From the NCBI GenBank assembly GCA_027310625.1, contig DAIDAM010000009.1:1-54187 (forward strand): a stretch of 54,187 nt of DNA. Reading direction: 5' to 3'. The position numbers and the translations under genes were made by a program. Below, in pieces: positions 1 through 5,473 of this stretch (its first letter is position 1; each line of letters starts with the position of its first letter). The DNA is from a bacterium (GTDB lineage: Bacteria; Patescibacteriota; Minisyncoccia; UBA6257; 2-01-FULL-56-20). Under the pieces are notes generated by a model. That model did no database searches. It was not told where the DNA came from and was given only the letters and a program-made list of their open reading frames with translations.

Positions 1-2
1 AA

Positions 3-134
3 ACTGTCAACGATCTCAACAAAGCGCTTGCCGAATACATCCCTTACTACAACGGGAAACGGCTGCATTCTGGCCTAGGTTTGCGTACGCCGCTACAGGC
101 ATTATCAACAAAGTGTTTCCAAGGTATTGATTAG
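3..134 (+). mobile_element. 3' end of an integrase-core (DDE, IS3/IS481-like) transposase, truncated by the window edge
   Basis: Frame from base 3 reads TVNDLNKALAEYIPYYNGKRLHSGLGLRTPLQALSTKCFQGID*. The YN..R.H..L...TP motif is typical of the rve-type integrase C-terminus. Confidence 0.75.
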
Positions 135-150
135 AAGACGAGTTCAGTTG

Positions 151-222
151 TGGACCGTAGCGGATTTGAACCGCTGACCCCTTCATTGCAAATGAAGTGC
201 TCTGCCACTGAGCTAACGGCCC
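151..222 (-). tRNA. tRNA-Ala(TGC)
   Basis: Cloverleaf GGGCCGT...ACGGTCC-A with G3:U70. Anticodon arm CTTCA-TTTGCAA-TGAAG. No encoded CCA. Confidence 0.95.
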
Positions 223-978
223 TTATTTGCCCATTCTCCTTTCGGTTCTTGCGTAATTCTGTATCGCTTTTTGAAATTCCGCAACAGAGAAATCGGGATA
301 AAGCGTGTCCGTGAAATAAAGTTGGCTGTCGGCGACGTCCCACATCATCATCCCGCTCGACAAGTGCGGCTCGCCGCCCGTCCTGATGACCAAATCCACC
401 GGAGGCAAATTTTTCGTCCAGAGATTTTGCTTTATCAAATCGCCGTCAATCTCGAGTTTCGAGTTTCGAGATTTTCCGCCCGAGGCGCCACGCCCGCCGT
501 CGGGCAGGGATCCGCCTTTGGCGGATAGTTTAACAATATTTCGGATTGCGCTTGTCATCTCGTCCATTCCGCTGTAAGCAAGAAGAACAGTAAGTTCGCA
601 CTTGTTGTATTTTCTTGTTTTGTCTATTGCTGACTGGATCGCTTTTTTCGCGGACGGCGAAAACATTTCTTTCCATCTGCCGAAAACGTTTATTCTGACT
701 CCGTTTTCATGCACGTACTTGCTTTTGGCCAATTTCTTGAAATAAATCTCGAATACTTTCAGAAGAAATTTAACTTCCTGCGGGGAACGCTTGGCGATGT
801 TGTCAACCGACGAGCCCCAGAATGTGAAATTTTCTATGCCCAAATCCAGCGCGGCTTTGAGTATTTTTTCCGTATTTTTCGCTCCCTCACGGTGCCCCAA
901 AAACGACGGCAGGCCTTTCTTTTTAGCCCACCGCCTGTTGCCGTCGGGAATCAAAACGATATGCCTTGGTAAATTCAT
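223..978 (-). CDS. uppS: Undecaprenyl/polyprenyl diphosphate synthase (cis-prenyltransferase) with an in-frame repeat-derived insertion
   Basis: Motifs HIVLIPDGNRRWA, GHREG, DLVIRTGGE, YFTDTLYPDF and ERRMGK. Confidence 0.95.
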   Translation of the reverse strand: MNLPRHIVLIPDGNRRWAKKKGLPSFLGHREGAKNTEKILKAALDLGIENFTFWGSSVDNIAKRSPQEVKFLLKVFEIYFKKLAKSKYVHENGVRINVFGRWKEMFSPSAKKAIQSAIDKTRKYNKCELTVLLAYSGMDEMTSAIRNIVKLSAKGGSLPDGGRGASGGKSRNSKLEIDGDLIKQNLWTKNLPPVDLVIRTGGEPHLSSGMMMWDVADSQLYFTDTLYPDFSVAEFQKAIQNYARTERRMGK

Positions 979-1099
979 CCCGTTAGAGACAGGTTGTCTT
1001 TAGACAACCGCAACGCGCGGCCACTTGGAAAAAATCTTCATTTTTTTCTGCTTGTAATTATTTCCGCGAAATTGTTGGAGTGTTTGTCTCTAACGGGAT
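977..1099. mobile_element. MITE-like inverted-repeat element (TIR ATCCCGTTAGAGACA) at the uppS start codon
   Basis: 15-bp TIRs at 977-991 and 1085-1099. ATGAA is repeated on both sides on the gene strand. Homologous copies at 25693 and 33257. Confidence 0.75.
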
Positions 1100-1104
1100 T
1101 CATC

Positions 1105-1419
1105 TCAATATCTCGTCAAAAGGAAAACGGCGACTGAGAGCGCGAACAAAACCAGCCAGCCGAGCGTCGAAAACAAAAGAACGAAAGATTTTTTTTTAAG
1201 GCCGCCGAGGTAAAGGTGAATCGGTTTTCCCAAAACCAACATTCCGGTTATCAGCGCTGAGATTACAAAAAGAAGCAAAACGAAAAGCGGCATCAGAAAA
1301 GTCGGCTGCTTGCCGAAAATATTCTGGCTGTTGAATCCCAGCCAGGCGACGGCGCCGACGTAAATGAAAACTCCGGCTGCGCTCAAAAAACTTTTCAAAA
1401 TGTATTCGGATTTTTTCAT
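1105..1419 (-). CDS. Small hypothetical membrane protein (3 TM)
   Basis: 104-aa ORF with three hydrophobic segments and an ATG start. Confidence 0.75.
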   Translation of the reverse strand: MKKSEYILKSFLSAAGVFIYVGAVAWLGFNSQNIFGKQPTFLMPLFVLLLFVISALITGMLVLGKPIHLYLGGLKKKSFVLLFSTLGWLVLFALSVAVFLLTRY

Positions 1420-1445
1420 TTGATTTGTGTCGCAGATGCAGCGTG

Positions 1446-1516
1446 TGGACCTACGGGGAATCGAACCCCGACCTTATCCATGCCATGGATACGTTCTACC
1501 GTTATACTATAGGCCC
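1446..1516 (-). tRNA. tRNA-Ala(GGC)
   Basis: GGGCCTA...TAGGTCC-A with G3:U70. Anticodon arm TATCC-ATGGCAT-GGATA. T-loop GTTCGATT. Confidence 0.93.
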
Positions 1517-1588
1517 GGTTTTCCTTGCAGTAGAATGCTTAATGAGATATCATTTTAATCTGCCGTCAAAGTTTTTTCAAATAATCAC

Positions 1589-1660
1589 GCCGCGGTAGCT
1601 CAGTGGTAGAGCGCAGCCCTGAAGAGGCTGGCGTCGGGGGTTCAATTCCCTCCCGCGGCA
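1589..1660 (+). tRNA. tRNA-Phe(GAA)
   Basis: GCCGCGG...CCGCGGC-A. Anticodon arm CAGCC-CTGAAGA-GGCTG. Confidence 0.96.
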
Positions 1661-1667
1661 CATAAAT

Positions 1668-1853
1668 GCCCCCGTAGTTCAACGGATAGAACAGATCCGT
1701 CCTACCTGCCCGACTTGCCTGACGTCCCCGTAGCTCAATGGATAGAGCTATTCCGTCCTAAGGAAGAGATGCGGGTTCAACTCCTGCCGGGGACACAAAT
1801 GCAAGTCAGGCGGGCGGGAGGATAAAATGGGAGTTCGATTCTTCCCGAGGGCA
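1668..1853 (+). tRNA. Interrupted tRNA-Arg(CCT): halves 1668-1704 and 1819-1853, separated by a 114-nt insertion at 37/38 (intron-containing gene or pseudogene)
   Basis: Joining the halves gives a full cloverleaf: GCCCCCG TA GTTC AACGGATA GAAC A GATCC GTCCTA^A GGATA AAAT GGGAG TTCGATT CTTCC CGAGGGC A. There is one C:A mismatch in the acceptor stem. Confidence 0.8.
1724..1795 (+). tRNA. Intact tRNA-Arg(CCT) nested inside the insertion of the outer tRNA-Arg
   Basis: Perfect acceptor stem GTCCCCG...CGGGGAC-A, D-stem GCTC/GAGC, A20, anticodon loop GTCCTAA, T-arm GCGGG-TTCAACT-CCTGC. Confidence 0.93.
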
Positions 1854-1876
1854 CACGTCCGCCGATGGCGAGACAC

Positions 1877-1912
1877 GGTGGGTTGGCAGAGTGGCCGAAA
1901 GCGCCCGACTCG
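1877..1912 (+). pseudogene. 5' half of a tRNA-Ser(CGA), broken in the anticodon
   Basis: GGTGGGTTGGCAGAGTGGCCGAAAGCGCCCGACTCG. The first 18 nt are identical to the intact tRNA-Ser at 2235. It is followed by a palindromic insert. Confidence 0.8.
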
Positions 1913-1948
1913 CCCGCCGGAGGCGGGTCCGCCTCGGGCGGAAAATGC
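1908..1948 (+). repeat. Direct repeat copy 1 (anticodon + double-hairpin insert + AAAATGC); copy 2 at 2343-2383, partial copy 3 at 3593-3612
   Basis: ACTCGCCCGCCGGAGGCGGGTCCGCCTCGGGCGGAAAATGC versus ACTCGCCCGCCAGAGACGAGTCCGCCCCGGGCGGAAAATGC (4 mismatches). Confidence 0.85.
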
Positions 1949-1954
1949 TAAAAA

Positions 1955-2212
1955 ATGGCTATAGTTTATATTTTATTCAGCCCGAGATTAAAGAAGTTTT
2001 ATGTAGGTTCCTCGCGTGAAAATACTCCGGATGTTCGTCTTGCGCATCACAACAATGGTTCGGTGAAATCTACGAAATCAGGTCGGCCATGGACAATAAT
2101 TGAAACAGAAAGGTTTGATAGTTATACTGGTGCCAGAAAAAGAGAGTTATTTTAAAAATCAGGGGTCGGAAGAAAACAAATCAGGAACAGATTCGGATAT
2201 TTAAAAAACTAA
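1955..2212 (+). pseudogene. Small GIY-YIG nuclease (UPF0213/YhbQ-like) with an in-frame TAA at 2153-2155
   Basis: VYILFS...FYVGSS...RLAHHN...KSTKSGRPW...ARKRELF*KSGVGRKQIRNRFGYLKN*. The expected C-terminal 'E..LKSG.GR' motif continues in the same frame after the stop, consistent with TTA>TAA. Confidence 0.85.
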
Positions 2213-2234
2213 TTGCTATAAGAGAATGCAGAGC

Positions 2235-2321
2235 GGTGGGTTGGCAGAGTGGTCTAACGCGCCGCACTCGAAATGCGGTTTCCCGGAAACGGGATCGGAG
2301 GTTCGAATCCTCCACCCACCG
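2235..2321 (+). tRNA. tRNA-Ser(CGA), intact, flanked by a 19-bp perfect inverted repeat
   Basis: GGTGGGT...ACCCACC-G. Anticodon arm CCGCA-CTCGAAA-TGCGG, long variable arm TCCCG-GAAA-CGGGA. Flanks CTATAAGAGAATGCAGAGC (2216-2234) and GCTCTGCATTCTCTTATAG (2321-2339). Confidence 0.96.
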
Positions 2322-2340
2322 CTCTGCATTCTCTTATAGG

Positions 2341-2532
2341 GCACTCGCCCGCCAGAGACGAGTCCGCCCCGGGCGGAAAATGCGGTTTCCCGGAAACGGG
2401 ATCGGAGGTTCGAACGTGAAAGGGGTCGGGAAAACGGAAGTTTTCCCGATGCGGAAGCAGCTCGTCCGCCCTGGGCGGACAGCGTTGAAACCGCTGGGTT
2501 TCAATCAAGTGAGATTCCTCCACCCACCGCCA
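2341..2532 (+). pseudogene. 3' part of a tRNA-Ser(CGA) with an anticodon insert (2348-2377) and a ~100-nt T-loop insert (2415-2515), ending in CCA
   Basis: GCACTCG^AAATGCGGTTTCCCGGAAACGGGATCGGAGGTTCGAA^TCCTCCACCCACCGCCA is identical to the intact copy once the inserts are removed. Confidence 0.85.
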
Positions 2533-2610
2533 GATGGGATTTTTCAAGCGAAGGAGCAAAAGAAATTTTTTCATTCTGATTTTTTCCAAGAAGCGGCTCA
2601 ACGCCGCTCT

Positions 2611-2639
2611 TTGACTTTTTGTAGGAATAATGTTAAATT
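2611..2639 (+). promoter_or_regulatory. Putative sigma70 promoter of the 2703 gene
   Basis: TTGACT-17 nt-TAAATT, with a strong SD (AGGAG) before the ATG at 2703. Confidence 0.4.
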
Positions 2640-2702
2640 GGCGTTCCGTGGCTTCGGAAGTACCTCGGAAGTACCATTGAAATCAGAGGAAAGGAGATAG
2701 TT

Positions 2703-3308
2703 ATGGGCGAAATGGCTGGCGCGTTCCTTGCGATTATGATCATGATCAGTGTCATTTTTCGGATTGAAGCGATGCTGAGAATGGGAGAGGAGTTGAACGC
2801 GGAATGGAAGAGGCGTTGGGATTCACTCACCGAAGGTAAACGGCGCGAAGAAGCCGGGGCCGACTTCGAGGGCTCCAAAACCATGAGTGCCGCTGGGCTG
2901 AATGCCGCGAACCTTGTGGGTATCATCGGCGTATCGTTTGTGGTCTTCGTTGTGGGAGACCTCACAGCGACATCTGATGTCCTGGCGCCGGAAGTGGAGA
3001 CCGCTTTTCGGTGGATTCGTGTGATCTTCGCGGCTTTGGTTCTATTCCTTGGAATCATGCCGTGGCTCGCGATCTACTACAATGACACGGCTCGTCGGGC
3101 AAAGCATTACGGCGTTTTCAACATGGGACGCCGTGGACGCTTTCTCGACCTCGGGTTCGCTGCGGTGGCGTTGAGCAGCTTGTTACTCGCGATCCCGGCT
3201 CTCCGCGAGTGGTTTCTGCTCATTCCGTACTTCGCTCTCGCCGGTGTCTCGCTGTACATTTTCAATGCGTGGCTGTTCTTCAATAGACCGCCGCGAGAAG
3301 CGACGTGA
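2703..3308 (+). CDS. Hypothetical multi-pass membrane protein (cargo gene)
   Basis: 201-aa ORF with about 5 hydrophobic segments, preceded by an SD. Confidence 0.75.
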   Translation: MGEMAGAFLAIMIMISVIFRIEAMLRMGEELNAEWKRRWDSLTEGKRREEAGADFEGSKTMSAAGLNAANLVGIIGVSFVVFVVGDLTATSDVLAPEVETAFRWIRVIFAALVLFLGIMPWLAIYYNDTARRAKHYGVFNMGRRGRFLDLGFAAVALSSLLLAIPALREWFLLIPYFALAGVSLYIFNAWLFFNRPPREAT

Positions 3309-3632
3309 ACGAACATGGGTTTGCCAGTTGTCCCGAACAACTGGCACTTTCTTTTTCTGAATTCAAAGAGCGAGAATTTGCCGCCAAAGACAAATAATTT
3401 TTTCATCAATTTCAAATTGAAAAATTGTCTGAATTGAGGTATGCTTAACTTAATAAAAACTTGAAATTGTTAATCTTCATTCGAAAATTCATTTTGCCCG
3501 TCCGCCCCATCCGAGTCCCGCGAAGCGGGACGAGGACAGAATTCCGTTCGAGCTATTTTTAAAATACACCGCGTAGAACTTTAACACAGCATCGCACTCG
3601 CCCGCCGGAGGCATATCCACTCTGAACAGACG

Positions 3633-3691
3633 AGCGTTGAAACCACTGGGTTTCAATCAAGTGAGATTCCTCCACCCACCGCCAGATGGGA
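3633..3691 (+). repeat. 59-bp direct repeat of 2481-2539 (end of T-loop insert + tRNA-Ser 3' end + CCA); att-like
   Basis: AGCGTTGAAACC(G/A)CTGGGTTTCAATCAAGTGAGATTCCTCCACCCACCGCCAGATGGGA, one mismatch between copies. Confidence 0.9.
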
Positions 3692-3820
3692 AATGGCTTG
3701 CCCGCTACGCGGGCTCGCCGGTCGGTTTTTGCCAAAAATTCAAGCCATTTTGAATTCAGGCGAAATCAAATAACGGCAGAAATCCTTAAAATCTTCATCA
3801 TTTCCATTTGAGTATTTGCT

Positions 3821-4681
3821 ATGAACAGCGACCAGCAAAAAGTAGTGAAATACTACACACGCCTCGAAACAAAATGGGGTTTCGATCATATCCTCTGGGG
3901 TTCAAAACATTTCGGTTTTTATCCGACCGGAAAACCGGATATACCAGAGAAAGAAGCACAAATTTTGCTTCAAGATTTAGTTGCAAAAAATTTAGATCTC
4001 AAAGGAGATCAAATCATTTTAGATGCCGGTTGCGGGCAAGGCGTGGTGTCCGCCTACCTTGCGAAAAAATACGGCCCGAAAATTTTTGGCATAACGATTG
4101 TCCCATTTGAGGTTAAACGGGCGCAGGAGCTGGCCGAAAACGCAAGCGTTCAGGACAAAACCAATTACCAGCTAATGGATTATTCAGCAACCACTTTTGC
4201 GGATAACTATTTTGATGCGATTTATACCACCGAAACACTTTCTCACTCACCCGACATCCGAAAAACACTGAAGGAATTTTTTAGGATTTTGAAGCCCGGC
4301 GGCAAGATTGCCTTCTTTGAATACACTCTTGCGCCCGATGAAAAATTTTCGCCGTGGGAGAAGAAGATGCTTGACGTTGTAATAGAAGGTTCGGCAATGA
4401 TGGGCTTGAAAGATTTCCGGCATGATCAATTTACAGGAGTTATAAGAAGCATCGGGTTTGAAAATGTAAAAGAGCAGAATATAACCGAAAATATCCGCCC
4501 GTCATTTTATCGGCTGCACAAACTATCAATTTGGCCGTACAAGCTCGTAAAGTTTTTCGGGTTACAAAAATTTTTCATCAACACTACCGCTGGCTACGAA
4601 TACTATAAAATGGCCAAGAAAGGATTGTTACGATATTGCATCTTTACAGGAAACAAAACAAAAGAATTTGCCGCCAGCTGA
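3821..4681 (+). CDS. Class I SAM-dependent methyltransferase (sterol/tocopherol C-methyltransferase-like)
   Basis: Motifs HFGFY, ILDAGCGQG (motif I), FDAIYTTETLSHSPD and RILKPGG. Confidence 0.88.
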   Translation: MNSDQQKVVKYYTRLETKWGFDHILWGSKHFGFYPTGKPDIPEKEAQILLQDLVAKNLDLKGDQIILDAGCGQGVVSAYLAKKYGPKIFGITIVPFEVKRAQELAENASVQDKTNYQLMDYSATTFADNYFDAIYTTETLSHSPDIRKTLKEFFRILKPGGKIAFFEYTLAPDEKFSPWEKKMLDVVIEGSAMMGLKDFRHDQFTGVIRSIGFENVKEQNITENIRPSFYRLHKLSIWPYKLVKFFGLQKFFINTTAGYEYYKMAKKGLLRYCIFTGNKTKEFAAS

Positions 4682-4776
4682 AGCATCGGCGCAGGCGGTG
4701 CCGGCGGTTCTGGTAAAAACGTTTTCAATTTCAAACAGACGCCGCTAAATCATTCCCCTCCGTGTAATAACCGATT

Positions 4777-5364
4777 TTATTTTAGACTGCTGTCCAACCA
4801 GGCGTCGGCTTCAACGGATTTTTTCGAAACGGGGCTTTGGAAAAAAATTCCGAGACGAAATTTTCTTGAAAGCGCGGAGATAAGTTCAAAACTTCCGAAA
4901 AGAATTGCGGTATAAGCAATGTCGCCGAGAAGCATGTTCCTGAAGAACGGGAGCGCGAGCGTGTACGATTCCATCAGGCCGGCGAAAGAACGTTCATACA
5001 TTGCCCCGAATTGCCACACCGCCCAGTTTGTGAGAAGAAAGAAAAACACCGAAGACGACGCGGCGCCGAGAAGAATCGTCAGCGGATTTTTGTATTTCTT
5101 AATCAAAACGCCAATCAAAGCCGCGACGGCGAATCCGGTATAAACCGAGAGCATAATCCGCCAGTCGTAAAAACCGAGAAATAAATCTGAGATAAGCATC
5201 GTCGCGGCGACTATCAAAAGAGAATAACGAATTCCCAAATAGACCGACGAAAAAAGCGCGATTGCCGTAATCGGCGTCATGTTCCAGGAGTGCGGGATAA
5301 ACCTTCCCAAAACGCCGGCGGCAACGAGAAGAAGCGAGAGAAAGATTAAGAATTTTTTTGACAT
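4777..5364 (-). CDS. DUF6580-like membrane transporter (ECF S-component-like, putative cobalamin uptake)
   Basis: RFIPHSWNMTPITAIALF, ISDLFLGFY, FFLLTNWAVW and ALPFFRNMLLGD motifs; multi-TM; third gene downstream of the cobalamin riboswitch. Confidence 0.75.
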   Translation of the reverse strand: MSKKFLIFLSLLLVAAGVLGRFIPHSWNMTPITAIALFSSVYLGIRYSLLIVAATMLISDLFLGFYDWRIMLSVYTGFAVAALIGVLIKKYKNPLTILLGAASSSVFFFLLTNWAVWQFGAMYERSFAGLMESYTLALPFFRNMLLGDIAYTAILFGSFELISALSRKFRLGIFFQSPVSKKSVEADAWLDSSLK

Positions 5365-5473
5365 TTATTTAATGCTCCTCATTTTATTTTATTCCGACGA
5401 ACGAGGATGCAAAGTGAAAGTTTTTCATTTTGTCCGAGCGCTGTCTGAACAAGATAAAAAATGTTGACATCTT

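Noticed and set aside
1705-1818. Group I intron or bulge-helix-bulge intron in tRNA-Arg
   Set aside because: The insert is too short once the inner tRNA is subtracted, with no P7/catalytic core; I could not draw a convincing BHB at the junctions.
2236-2700. ORFs 2236-2700 (+), 2254-2601 (-) and 131-343 (-)
   Set aside because: They run through tRNA genes and palindromic inserts, and show no protein features.
1668-3691. CRISPR array interpretation of the repeated segments
   Set aside because: The repeats are tRNA-derived, irregularly spaced and of variable length, and there are no cas genes in the window.
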